Source: a virus | Strand: one strand, 5' to 3' | DNA: 46,046 nt | IMG/VR virus record: IMGVR_UViG_3300037761_000122 | Span: 1 to 46,046 of that record | In this document: positions 8,394 to 16,611 of the stretch, piece by piece | How positions within the stretch are numbered: the first letter of the stretch is position 1 | How the letters are laid out: each line of letters starts with the position of its first letter | Made by a program: the position numbers and the translations under genes | The notes under the pieces: model-generated | What the model was told of the DNA's origin: nothing | Databases searched by the model: none | The model's input: the letters and a program-made list of their open reading frames with translations, nothing else

Positions 8394-9196
8394 CGGCGAG
8401 GCTCCAGGGCGAGGCGTGAGCCGATCCACTCAGCGACTTGAGGGACTACGGCGTTTCCGAGGGCCCTAAGTCGGTCCACCCTGGCGGGAACCCCATGAGC
8501 CACTCGGTCCACATCGGGTTCAGCGCTCCACGCACCTTCATCTGCAACAAGGCGCCAGGAATCGAATCGCGATCGACTTGGGAGGGCGGTAGCGTCGAGT
8601 TCTTCGCGTCGTTCGCCGTTGGGGTTGGCCACACGTGTTTCGCGAGCCAGCCAAGCCCGCGATAGTGGTTGTTCGGTCCCGGCGAAGTCGCGTCGTATGC
8701 CACCGGCGTAGGCAACGACGAAGACGCGATAGCGGAGATGCGGGGCACCAACGGCCGCAGCCGGTATGCTCTCCCACTCCGCATCGTACCCGAGGTCGGC
8801 CAAGTCTCCGAGAACGTCTCCCATCCCGTGAACAAGCAACCCTGGGACGTTCTCCAGGAGTACGAATCTCGGTCGTAGCTCGCGAAGAATCCGGGCAAAT
8901 TCGGGCCAGAGCCATCGCTCGTCTTCTCGGGCGAGCTGCTTGCCGGCGACACTGACGGGCTGACATGGGAACCCTCCACACACGAGGTCGACCGGCTCGA
9001 GGTTGTGCGCTCCGACATCGTGTACGTCCTCGTAGCGGGGAACGTCGGGCCAATGCTTCGCGAGCACGGCACGGCAGAACGGGTCGATCTCCACCTGCCA
9101 CACCACCCGATGCCCGGCCCGCTCGAGCCCAAGGTCAAGGCCCCCGGTTTGAATGCCGGAGAACAACGACCCGATAGTCAGGACGCGCCCCGGCAT
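8390..9196 (-). CDS. dcm: DNA (cytosine-5)-methyltransferase
   Basis: 268 aa from the ATG at 9196. Motifs LFSGIQTGG (I), GGFPCQPVS (IV), ENVPGL (VI), RYRVFVV (VIII), GNAVVPQV (X). Confidence 0.9.
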   Translation of the reverse strand: MPGRVLTIGSLFSGIQTGGLDLGLERAGHRVVWQVEIDPFCRAVLAKHWPDVPRYEDVHDVGAHNLEPVDLVCGGFPCQPVSVAGKQLAREDERWLWPEFARILRELRPRFVLLENVPGLLVHGMGDVLGDLADLGYDAEWESIPAAAVGAPHLRYRVFVVAYAGGIRRDFAGTEQPLSRAWLARETRVANPNGERREELDATALPSRSRFDSWRLVADEGAWSAEPDVDRVAHGVPARVDRLRALGNAVVPQVAEWIGSRLALEPRR

Positions 9197-9843
9197 TTCT
9201 CCACCTCCTTGCAGCTGAGGTTGGCGGCTCGGCCATCGAAGCGGTGATGGCAGGAACGGCACATGCGGGCGTAGTCGTCCACATCGGTGTAATCGCCCGT
9301 GAGGTTGGCCCAATCGTAGATCGTGCCGTCATCGTCTCGGCCGCAGACGGAGCACAGAGAGGGCGTACCCCGGGCATTCTGGACGCGGGCGTGCAGGGCC
9401 TGGTACCCGGCTTTGTCACCCTTCCACATGTGGTTACGGGCACCGCGTTGGTTCCGCTTTGCCGCCGGGCGAGAAGCGATGGCGTGCCGACGCATCGCCT
9501 TGTGGATTACCTTCTGCGACACCCCCAACCGTTCGGCGACCTCGTGCTGAGACATCCCCTTGCCGTGGTACAGCCGTGCGATTTCCACCGGGTCTACTGG
9601 GGTGGCCTGCGCCTCGGACTTGCAGTCACGCGAACAGTAGCGAGGAGCCGGATTGTAGGACCGGAACCGCGACCCGCACGTCTCGCATTCATGCTCATGC
9701 TGCGACGGCGGACCGTGGCGAGCCGTGAGGGGGCGGGGCGGGGCGTCGGGCGTGCGCTTCGCGGGTCGGTTCGGAAGCGACGAAGCGGAATCGCCCCGCC
9801 CGGACCCGTCATTCGGCGCGTGGGCATCCTGTTTCGCACCCAC
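9178..9843 (-). CDS. Zn-ribbon + HTH + HNH-like nuclease-type protein
   Basis: 221 aa from the GTG at 9843. CETCG...YCSRDC, HTH MSQHEVAERLGVSQKVIHKAM, C-terminal CSVCG...CRSCHHRFD. The upstream part of the 635-aa ORF is antisense to the tRNA fragment and is a shadow frame. Confidence 0.6.
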   Translation of the reverse strand: MGAKQDAHAPNDGSGRGDSASSLPNRPAKRTPDAPPRPLTARHGPPSQHEHECETCGSRFRSYNPAPRYCSRDCKSEAQATPVDPVEIARLYHGKGMSQHEVAERLGVSQKVIHKAMRRHAIASRPAAKRNQRGARNHMWKGDKAGYQALHARVQNARGTPSLCSVCGRDDDGTIYDWANLTGDYTDVDDYARMCRSCHHRFDGRAANLSCKEVEKCRGAS

Positions 9844-9857
9844 CGAATCAGCCGGCA

Positions 9858-9904
9858 GCGGATTTGTAATCAGCAGGTTCGGGGTTCGATTCCCCGCGTC
9901 AGCT
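9858..9904 (+). other. attP core candidate: 3' half of a tRNA-Thr(UGU) (anticodon arm, variable loop, T-arm, 3' acceptor)
   Basis: gcgga-TTTGTAA-tcagc, aggtt, cgggg-TTCGATT-ccccg, cgtcagc-t. No matching 5' acceptor or D-arm upstream. Lies 200 bp from the integrase stop. Confidence 0.7.
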
Positions 9905-10103
9905 CTAGGGTTTTCCGCGATCGGTGGGTCCGCTTCGTGCGCTTCGCGGGTCACATGCGGGCCAATTGCGCCCATGCTCACCTCCATTCCAGGTGACGGA
10001 CAGTGCCGTGGCGGGCGGGGGGAGGGAATGGCTCCCTTCCCCGGCGAGCGGGTGTTGTATCGGCTACGTCTAGCCGCCCCGCCCCCAGGCGTGAACCTCC
10101 AAG

Positions 10104-11186
10104 CTACTGCCCCGCCAACCGTCCCGCCAGTTCTTTCGCTACGGCCATCTTCGGCTCGGCCACGTCCTGTCGGTAGCGGCCGTCGAGGGTGGAGCGGAGG
10201 GTGCCCGCCTGCAGGTCCGCGCCCGGCTGCCCGGACGCGAGCGTGGCGTACAGGCGTTTGAGGCCGTGCCAGAGCCGACCGTCGATGTGCTTGATCTTGG
10301 CCCCTTCCTCGGCGGCCTCCATCCACGCGTCGACCTCGTCGTGCGTCGGGACGCGCCAGTCGGTGCGCTCCGGCAGTCGGTACACCCACGCTTCGCCACC
10401 CTTGCCGGGCTTGTCCGTCTCGCGTGGGAAGCGGATCGCTGTCCACGTCTCGCCGTGGATCACGTCCGTGGGCTCGAGCCGCCGGATCGCACCGATGCGC
10501 CGGCCGGTCTGGTACGCCACCTCGCCCATCCACCCGGCGCGCGGCTCGACCTTCCAGAGCTCCGGCACCAGCTTCCTCGCCTCGGCCAGCGTGTAGGACA
10601 CACCCCGCCCGCGCGCTTTGGGGATCGTGACCGCACTCAGGTTGTGACGCGGCTCGATCCACTTGAGCTTTTTCTCGCCGTAGATGAAGCTGTCGACGAG
10701 GTAGCGGAGCACGTCTTGCAACCAGCGGTCCGACAGCCCGTCCTTGTCCCGTGCCTCGCGGGCGATCCGCTCGACGACGGCCGGCCGTACGTGCGTCAGC
10801 CGCGCATCCCCGAGCTTGTCCAGCCAGAACGTCTTTCGGAGGGTGCGGCTCTTGGCGTACTTGGGGCTCCACGTCGGCTCGAGGTCCGCGTGCCGTCGGT
10901 CGAGTAGCTCGGTCAGCGTGCGAGCGGTCGGGATGCCGAGCAGCTCGGCCGCCTGCTGGTTGCGCCTGCGCTCCTGAGCGGCCGACATCCGGCGCGCGAT
11001 GTCCTCGGCCATCTCCCGGCTGGTGATCGGATGCCCGACGACGCTCGACAGCGCGGCCCGGTGACGCCCCTCGTCGTCCCACCATTCTACAAAGATCGAT
11101 GTGGCATCGGGCCGCTCGAAAACTGTGACGCGTGAAACGCCCTTACGTCCGATACGGAAACGCCAGGCTGCCAAGAATCCCTGCAC
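10104..11186 (-). CDS. int: Tyrosine integrase
   Basis: About 360 aa. GRRIGAIRRL (Arg I), HGLKRLYAT (H-x-x-R), C-terminal Tyr in LDGRYRQ. Start is uncertain (GTG 11186 or TTG 11174). The far-upstream ORF-track start is implausible. Confidence 0.85.
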   Translation of the reverse strand: MQGFLAAWRFRIGRKGVSRVTVFERPDATSIFVEWWDDEGRHRAALSSVVGHPITSREMAEDIARRMSAAQERRRNQQAAELLGIPTARTLTELLDRRHADLEPTWSPKYAKSRTLRKTFWLDKLGDARLTHVRPAVVERIAREARDKDGLSDRWLQDVLRYLVDSFIYGEKKLKWIEPRHNLSAVTIPKARGRGVSYTLAEARKLVPELWKVEPRAGWMGEVAYQTGRRIGAIRRLEPTDVIHGETWTAIRFPRETDKPGKGGEAWVYRLPERTDWRVPTHDEVDAWMEAAEEGAKIKHIDGRLWHGLKRLYATLASGQPGADLQAGTLRSTLDGRYRQDVAEPKMAVAKELAGRLAGQ

Positions 11187-11350
11187 AGGTTGCGGGTCGC
11201 GATGTCCTCCCACATCTGGCACGTCGCCTCGCGCTCGTCCAGCCCCGGAGTCTTTTCGGTCCGGCAATCGGCCAGCGTCGCCTCCCCGTGGCCGTCCACC
11301 CACACCCTCGTCTCCCCCGGCAACCCGGCGATCGTCTCGGCGATGCTCAT
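11087..11350 (-). CDS. Hypothetical protein overlapping the integrase 5' end
   Basis: 87 aa from the ATG at 11350. The first half looks protein-like. The 3' ~90 nt overlap the integrase frame. Confidence 0.4.
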   Translation of the reverse strand: MSIAETIAGLPGETRVWVDGHGEATLADCRTEKTPGLDEREATCQMWEDIATRNLCRDSWQPGVSVSDVRAFHASQFSSGPMPHRSL

Positions 11351-11475
11351 CACTGCCCCCGCTCGTCCGGAGCCCGGTACTCACCATCATGCCGACGGAA
11401 CCAGCGGCCTGCCCACAACGCCAGAACCACCACGGCAAACGCGTAGCAGCCAGCGAACAGCATGCAGCCGGTCAT
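11350..11475 (-). CDS. 41-aa single-TM peptide
   Basis: MTGCMLFAGCYAFAVVVLALWAGRWFRRHDGEYRAPDERGQ with an ATGA overlap upstream. Confidence 0.4.
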   Translation of the reverse strand: MTGCMLFAGCYAFAVVVLALWAGRWFRRHDGEYRAPDERGQ

Positions 11476-11573
11476 CGCCGCCCCCACCAGGTGAGCCACC
11501 GGGACAGGGCCGCATACAGGGTGATTGCTCCGAACAACCAGAGGGCGACGCCGGGCCAGTTCAGGGTGGTCAC
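11472..11573 (-). CDS. 33-aa single-TM peptide
   Basis: GTGA overlap with the rusA stop. (M)TTLNWPGVALWLFGAITLYAALSRWLTWWGRR. Confidence 0.4.
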   Translation of the reverse strand: MTTLNWPGVALWLFGAITLYAALSRWLTWWGRR

Positions 11574-11941
11574 GGAGCCTCCACCGTGATCTCGACGCGC
11601 TTGTTCCGCCGCTCGATCTCCTGAGAGACCTCCAAGCTGATCGTGTCCGCGTCGTCGTTGGCCAGGTACCCGCGTGTGACGAGCCAATCCAGGATGTGCT
11701 TCAGGCGGGCGTGTAAGTTGTCGGGGTCCAGCAGGTTGTGGACGTGGAAGCGGACGCGGACGTGAGCGGACGTGAGCGGCTTAGCCGGTGGTCGTGGTAC
11801 GAGCCCGACGAGCTGGCGTTGGTCCGAGTCCTTGTAGAAGCGCGCCTTGGCCCGGTGCTTCACGCGCCAGTGGCCCCGCGAATTGGCGACGTTCGCGGGC
11901 ATGGTGAGCGTGAGCTGCAGCTTCGCGCGCGGCTTCCTCAC
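11570..11941 (-). CDS. rusA: RusA-family Holliday junction resolvase
   Basis: 123 aa. Size and DPDNLHARLKHILDWLVTRGYLANDD motif are typical of RusA. Confidence 0.75.
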   Translation of the reverse strand: MRKPRAKLQLTLTMPANVANSRGHWRVKHRAKARFYKDSDQRQLVGLVPRPPAKPLTSAHVRVRFHVHNLLDPDNLHARLKHILDWLVTRGYLANDDADTISLEVSQEIERRNKRVEITVEAP

Positions 11942-12231
11942 GGCAGACTCACCCGCGCCAACTCGACGATGCTATGCCAGTCAGGCACCACCGTGCGGAT
12001 GCTGTCATGCAGCTCGGCGTCCTCACGGAGCACCACGGACAGCGCGGTCGTCGAGCGGTCGAGAAGCTCAGCCATCAGCTCGGTCCGGTGCTCCTCACGG
12101 GCGAACGCGTCCAAGGCGAGCGCCGCCGTGTCCGCGCGTCCGTACTCGACGGCCGACCAGAGCGTGACGAGACTGGCGGCGATCACCAGCAGGGTTGCGA
12201 GGGCTTCACGGGGGTCGGGGAGCGGGATCAT
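11938..12231 (-). CDS. Hypothetical protein with N-terminal TM helix
   Basis: 97 aa from the ATG at 12231 (ATGA overlap). LATLLVIAASLVTLWSAV. Confidence 0.5.
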   Translation of the reverse strand: MIPLPDPREALATLLVIAASLVTLWSAVEYGRADTAALALDAFAREEHRTELMAELLDRSTTALSVVLREDAELHDSIRTVVPDWHSIVELARVSLP

Positions 12232-12578
12232 GGGGTCGGGGGCTCCGGCAGGGGTTGCCAGTGGGTGACGTTCGTGAGATTGCCCGCGTGCTTGCTGTCG
12301 TCGTACCACCGCCCGTTGATTTGCTTCGCCACTGACATCCACCGGCGGCCCCTGAACCCGATGCCCGTGATAAGCACTTCGGTCCGGTCCTTCGGCGCCG
12401 TCTCGATCGGCTGCCACTCTGCGAGGGAGCGCAGGCGCTCGGCGCGGAGGGCTTCGATCTCGTCGGCGGCCTCGGAGAGCACGTCACGATGCGCGCGGTC
12501 GAGGACAGAAGAGATCACGTCCCCTACGTCGTGATCGAGGCCCCGAAGCCGTTCCGCCACGTCTCGTGTCTCAACCAT
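12228..12578 (-). CDS. DUF551-like protein with the shared TRDVxERLR N-terminal domain
   Basis: 116 aa. N-terminus paralogous to 6596..7162. C-terminal WQPIETAPKD...THWQPLPEPP resembles DUF551. Confidence 0.6.
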   Translation of the reverse strand: MVETRDVAERLRGLDHDVGDVISSVLDRAHRDVLSEAADEIEALRAERLRSLAEWQPIETAPKDRTEVLITGIGFRGRRWMSVAKQINGRWYDDSKHAGNLTNVTHWQPLPEPPTP

Positions 12579-13017
12579 CGTCGATCTCCGTCACACCCCG
12601 GTGTTCGTCAGTGTCCCACGCGGAAATTCGCCCCGGCCTATTCGCGAAGTCGCTCGCGTCCTCCGTGCTGTCAGGGAGGGGGAGAAGCAGCGCGGGGACC
12701 ATGTCCACGCCACCGGTCTGGTAGAGGAACACGTGACCGTCAGCCGCCATGTCGTTGCCCAACGCTTCGACGACCGGCAAGCCCCATAGCGATCCATCCT
12801 CGACCCACCCCACTACAACATCCGCCCGCATCTTGCGGACGAGCGCGAGGGCGGCGCGGGCGTCGTTCACCACTTCCATGTCGCGGTCGTAGCGGCGGCA
12901 CATGGCGGGGTGGTCCCTTAGTAGCTCGTACCTGCTATCGAGTTCTGCCGCAAAGTTGGCAATGACCGCCCCCAGCGCTTCCTCGACGACCTCCAGGGGG
13001 TTGCGTGGCTCAGTCAT
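12571..13017 (-). CDS. Hypothetical protein
   Basis: 148-aa ORF. Its first 19 nt are duplicated at 13249..13267. Confidence 0.6.
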   Translation of the reverse strand: MTEPRNPLEVVEEALGAVIANFAAELDSRYELLRDHPAMCRRYDRDMEVVNDARAALALVRKMRADVVVGWVEDGSLWGLPVVEALGNDMAADGHVFLYQTGGVDMVPALLLPLPDSTEDASDFANRPGRISAWDTDEHRGVTEIDDG

Positions 13018-13235
13018 TCGGCACCCCCCAGGTCACCGTCGAAGACCCTCAAAACCTCGCGACGGAGCCGGCTACGTTCCTGGGTGCGAGCACCAAACAA
13101 GGCGCTGTCCACTTCGCCGGTCGCCACGGACTGCACGCCCCGGATGTGCAGGATCGCATCCACGATCGACTGCACGTCGTCGGTGCGAATCGGTCGCTCC
13201 AGTACCACCGTCAGCGTGTTGACCCTGTCGGTCAT
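13014..13235 (-). CDS. Hypothetical protein
   Basis: 73-aa ORF with ATGA overlaps at both ends. Confidence 0.55.
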   Translation of the reverse strand: MTDRVNTLTVVLERPIRTDDVQSIVDAILHIRGVQSVATGEVDSALFGARTQERSRLRREVLRVFDGDLGGAE

Positions 13236-13267
13236 GGGTAGTAGCCCCGGTTGCGTGGCTCAGTCAT
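13232..13267 (-). repeat. Junction fossil: 11-codon mini-ORF built entirely from two duplicated gene-boundary sequences
   Basis: 13232..13249 equals 13935..13952 (18/18). 13249..13267 equals 12999..13017 (19/19). The minus strand reads ATGACTGAGCCACGCAACCGGGGCTACTACCCATGA. Confidence 0.85.
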
Positions 13268-13293
13268 CGTTTCATCCTCGGGGTGGTCGTTCA

Positions 13294-13368
13294 TGGGGCC
13301 GGTGGGATTCGAACCCACATGTTCCGGGGTAAAAGCCCGGTCCGTTGCGCGGTTACGGTCACGGCCCC
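13294..13368 (-). tRNA. tRNA-Lys (anticodon UUU), non-canonical D-arm
   Basis: Acceptor GGGGCCG/CGGCCCC, anticodon arm CCGGG-CUUUUAC-CCCGG, T-arm GTGGG-TTCGAAT-CCCAC, discriminator A. The D-stem pairs poorly (3 bp). Confidence 0.75.
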
Positions 13369-13938
13369 TCATTGTCCTCTCGCGGCTTGCACGGCATGGA
13401 AGTCGTCGGGGTCGCCGCCACGGTCCGGGTGGGCCGCGAACAACGCGTCTCGGACGGAGCCGTATTCCGCGATCAGGTCCCGCCCGCGCTGGATGACTTC
13501 GGGCCTATTCTCGGTCGTGCCGCCAGCGGGGGGGAGGGCCTTCCATCCCGTGTACTGCTCACCGCGCTTCGTCACCCCATAGCGGTCCACCTTGCGGAGC
13601 GCTTCGAGTGCGAGTGCGATGGCCCGGACGTTGTCCTGCCAGCCGTCGAAGCGGTCGCAGGGGTAGGAGAGCGGGCCGTGTCGCGAGTCGAAGGTCAGGA
13701 TGACGCCGGGATGCGCAGGTCGAGCGTTCGCACGGACCCGACCGTCCAACCGGATCTCGTCGTCCGTGATCGGCATCTGGAGCACCGTGTTCTTGGCGCT
13801 CAGGTTGCGTAACTCTCGCTCTAGCAGACGCACGGTCGCAGTCCAGCTCGTCCGAAATGGCGACCGCTTGCGGCTCCGCGTCAGGTCGCCCGGCCATTGG
13901 CGGATGGGAACCACCTTCCAGGGCGCGTCGTAACTCAT
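13369..13938 (-). CDS. J-domain (DnaJ-like) protein
   Basis: 189 aa from the ATG at 13938 (ATGA overlap). C-terminal J-domain signature HPDRGGDPDDF. Confidence 0.7.
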   Translation of the reverse strand: MSYDAPWKVVPIRQWPGDLTRSRKRSPFRTSWTATVRLLERELRNLSAKNTVLQMPITDDEIRLDGRVRANARPAHPGVILTFDSRHGPLSYPCDRFDGWQDNVRAIALALEALRKVDRYGVTKRGEQYTGWKALPPAGGTTENRPEVIQRGRDLIAEYGSVRDALFAAHPDRGGDPDDFHAVQAARGQ

Positions 13939-14513
13939 GGGTAGTAGCCCCGATATCGAGGATCGCCGTTGTAGTAGGTCGAGGGCGGGCCGTGCGGGTC
14001 CGGATCGCCGAACTCGGTCGCCACCCACTCATCGCCGATCTCGTTCCACGTGTGGTCGATCCAGGCGGCGCACTTCTCCAGGTCGAGCGGCGGGTGCGCG
14101 GCCTCGAACGTCCGGCGTCCGACGCGGTGCAGCTCGGCGTGGTGGCCGGCGGGGCCGGAGCACAGGCGGGAGATGCGCGAGTGATGCGCCTTCCGTCCGG
14201 TGCCCTCGGTCTCGATGTGGGCGTTGTCACACTCCGTCCGGTAGCAGCCGGGCACGTCGCAGCGGCCACCGCGCTTGACCCAGATCACTCGCTCGATCGA
14301 GCCGTAGACCCGGTGCCACTCCTCGGCCTCACGCTCCTCGTCATGCCGGTAGCGCTCGTGGATGCCCTTGTCGTGTTCGATGCCGGCGGCCTCGAGGGCC
14401 TCCCACAACTCGGAAGACTCTCGGTGCCAGCGGCCTCGCTTCAGCGGGGTGCGGCGGGCGAGATCGGACGCTCGGAGCGGCTTCTTGCCGCGGGCCAGGG
14501 GCGTCTTCCTCAT
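13935..14513 (-). CDS. HNH-like nuclease (NinG/Rap-like architecture)
   Basis: 192 aa from the ATG at 14513. Basic N-terminus MRKTPLARGKKPLR...PLKRG. Cys/His cluster CDVPGC...CDNAHI...LC...HHAELH. Confidence 0.5.
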   Translation of the reverse strand: MRKTPLARGKKPLRASDLARRTPLKRGRWHRESSELWEALEAAGIEHDKGIHERYRHDEEREAEEWHRVYGSIERVIWVKRGGRCDVPGCYRTECDNAHIETEGTGRKAHHSRISRLCSGPAGHHAELHRVGRRTFEAAHPPLDLEKCAAWIDHTWNEIGDEWVATEFGDPDPHGPPSTYYNGDPRYRGYYP

Positions 14514-15079
14514 ACCATGGCCTCGTGCGCTCTGCGGCAACTGCGATGGTGGGCCTGGCGACCGTAGACGTACATAGCTGACGGGCTATCCCACTCCCTG
14601 CAGTAACGGCAACGCCTCCAGTCCGCATTTCCGCAGGCTTGGTGCGCACGCGCGCGACGCTCGATCAGGCAATGGTATGCGTGGTCCTCGCAGAGGACGA
14701 GGTTGCCGCGGCGGTTATCGTCCCGGATGCCGTTCACGTGGTGGACTTCGTGACAGGGGTCGAAGTGGCGGCCGATTGCGCGCTCAGCGATCAGCACGTG
14801 TTCCGCCACGTACCCGCGCATGTTCGCGCGCGGGTGGTCCGGACGATGAACTCGCACGTAGCCGTCGGCCATGTTCACGCGTCCGCCGTTCCACCTGTAA
14901 TGGCGCCGGCCTCGGGGCACCGGTGCATGGCCTCGTACGTAGCGCACGGGCTCGCCCTGAACGTCTCCTCGCCCGCTGCGGGTCTGCTTGGCAATTGACG
15001 TCATGCGCCCACATCCGCAGTGACAGCGCCCATAAGGGATCTGCGACGATGGCGGGTGCCTCAATCTTGCCCGGCTCAT
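14510..15079 (-). CDS. HNH endonuclease (HNH_3-type)
   Basis: 189 aa from the ATG at 15079. GYVRVHRPDHPRA...GYVAEHVL...EVHHVNGIRDDNRRGNLVLC. The upstream part of the 421-aa ORF is a shadow frame over the exonuclease gene. Confidence 0.8.
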   Translation of the reverse strand: MSRARLRHPPSSQIPYGRCHCGCGRMTSIAKQTRSGRGDVQGEPVRYVRGHAPVPRGRRHYRWNGGRVNMADGYVRVHRPDHPRANMRGYVAEHVLIAERAIGRHFDPCHEVHHVNGIRDDNRRGNLVLCEDHAYHCLIERRARAHQACGNADWRRCRYCREWDSPSAMYVYGRQAHHRSCRRAHEAMV

Positions 15080-15825
15080 GTCGCAGCCTCCTGTAGGCTG
15101 GCGATCAGCTCCCACTTCAGAGATTCGTCTTCCTCCACAACTTCGCCCATCGCGTGCAGCTTGCGTTCTGCCGTCGCGAGCTCGCGGAAGAAGCGTTGCA
15201 GGTGGTTGGTGATCGCCTCCTGCACGTCCTCCTCCGGGTAGACGCGCACTCGGATCTTCGGCAGGTCGGGGTTGAACGCGACCAGGTCGCACCACTCGCG
15301 TCCTGTCAGCCAGAGGTACCCGTTGGTTTGCAAGCGATAGTCGCCCGACAGGCTCTTGTGGCGCGTCAGGTACTGCATGTGCGTGGTCGCCTTCGGGCAC
15401 TTGATTTCGACGATGCCCTCGTCCCCCACGAGTCCGTCCGGCGAGCCTACGATCATGTCGTGGACGAAGCCGCCCTCGTCGGATACCGGGTCGCCCGCCT
15501 TGTCGACGCGCACCAGCTCGGTCGTGACCGCACCCACCTGCCGGACGTCCATGTCGTAATGCCACTCGTACCACTTGCGGCCGAAGTCCTCGCCCGCCTT
15601 GCCGTAGTCGGTCCAGAGCCCCGCGCCGGTCCGGTCTAGGACGCCGCCGAGCATGCGTTCGCCGATCAGTTCCGCGGCGTATCCCCGCGCGCCCGACGCG
15701 TAGCCGAGCTTTTCGGGCTGGATGATCCGCGACAGGCTGGACCCGGTGGGGTGGCCGGCCCTCAATGCCCACCACTCGTCACTGCCCTGCTCTATCTCGT
15801 GGATCGTGACCGGGCGCTCATGCAT
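15076..15825 (-). CDS. YqaJ/lambda-Exo-like recombination exonuclease
   Basis: 249 aa from the ATG at 15825. QGSDEWWALRAG N-terminus. PD-(D/E)XK core GSPDGLV...GIVEIKCP. Confidence 0.8.
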   Translation of the reverse strand: MHERPVTIHEIEQGSDEWWALRAGHPTGSSLSRIIQPEKLGYASGARGYAAELIGERMLGGVLDRTGAGLWTDYGKAGEDFGRKWYEWHYDMDVRQVGAVTTELVRVDKAGDPVSDEGGFVHDMIVGSPDGLVGDEGIVEIKCPKATTHMQYLTRHKSLSGDYRLQTNGYLWLTGREWCDLVAFNPDLPKIRVRVYPEEDVQEAITNHLQRFFRELATAERKLHAMGEVVEEDESLKWELIASLQEAAT

Positions 15826-16588
15826 CGGGCTTCGCCCCCTTCGCCTGGAGCGCGCGCCGGGCCTCGGTGAACCGATACGACGGCAGGGCCTTGAGCGAGC
15901 CGACGCCGAGGTAGGAGCAGAACCGGCGGGTGTCGGCGCCCGTGTCGGCAATCAGTTTCGTGAGCTCGTCGAACTCCGTGGCGTTGATCACCTCGGACGC
16001 ATCGCCTCCCGGCTGCTGGCCGTCCACGTCGTCATCAATCGTGATCCCCAGCAGTGCGGCCAGCACGTAGCGCTTGCCGTAGGTGATCGTGCCCGCGTAG
16101 CGCTGAGCGGGGCTGTCCTGCATGCCCGCGACGGGCAGGGTCACGGACGACTCGCGCGACGCGCCATCGACGTGCTGGAGGCGGCCCCGGATCTTGACCA
16201 GCTTGCCGTCCGTGTCCTCGGTGTCGAACGTGTAGGACAGCCCGACGCGGTGCAGCTCCGGGTCGATCACCTTCTGGATCGCACCGAGCGGCGCATAGTG
16301 GAAGTCGACCGACTTGCCGTTGGCCGTCGCGTACTTGACCTGCTTCGTCTTCTTGATCTCAGGGCACGCGGCCTTGAACTCCGCGAGCGCGACCACCAGC
16401 GCCGACTCGGCCTGGCGGTCTAGCAGCCGCATCTGCATGTCGACCAGCCGCTCGAGCGCCTCCACGCCCTCCGCTCCGTGCGCGAGCGCGGCGTCCATCA
16501 TCCGGGTCACGTCGGGCAGCGCTGCGGGCGCCTGAACGAGTGGTGCGGTCGCAACCGCGGTCCCGACCTCTATCTGTTCGTCGGCCAT
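15818..16588 (-). CDS. erf: ERF-family single-strand annealing protein
   Basis: 256 aa from the ATG at 16588 with a GGAGG RBS. FKAACPEIKKT...FHYAPLGAIQKVIDPEL...YGKRYVLAALLGITIDDDVDG. Confidence 0.8.
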   Translation of the reverse strand: MADEQIEVGTAVATAPLVQAPAALPDVTRMMDAALAHGAEGVEALERLVDMQMRLLDRQAESALVVALAEFKAACPEIKKTKQVKYATANGKSVDFHYAPLGAIQKVIDPELHRVGLSYTFDTEDTDGKLVKIRGRLQHVDGASRESSVTLPVAGMQDSPAQRYAGTITYGKRYVLAALLGITIDDDVDGQQPGGDASEVINATEFDELTKLIADTGADTRRFCSYLGVGSLKALPSYRFTEARRALQAKGAKPDA

Positions 16589-16611
16589 CGAGGCCTCCGT
16601 CGTTGGTGTGC

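Noticed and set aside
9858-9904. Possible complete tRNA-Thr gene.
   Set aside because: Only the anticodon arm through the 3' acceptor is present. The upstream sequence cannot form the 5' acceptor strand (GCTGACG) or a D-arm. It was interpreted as an attP core rather than a functional tRNA.
9844-11085. N-terminal 400+ aa of the 635-aa ORF 9178..11085.
   Set aside because: It is a shadow frame over the integrase gene and attP. The ...GNRTPNLLITN... stretch is simply the antisense translation of the tRNA-Thr fragment. Only the part from the GTG at 9843 was kept.
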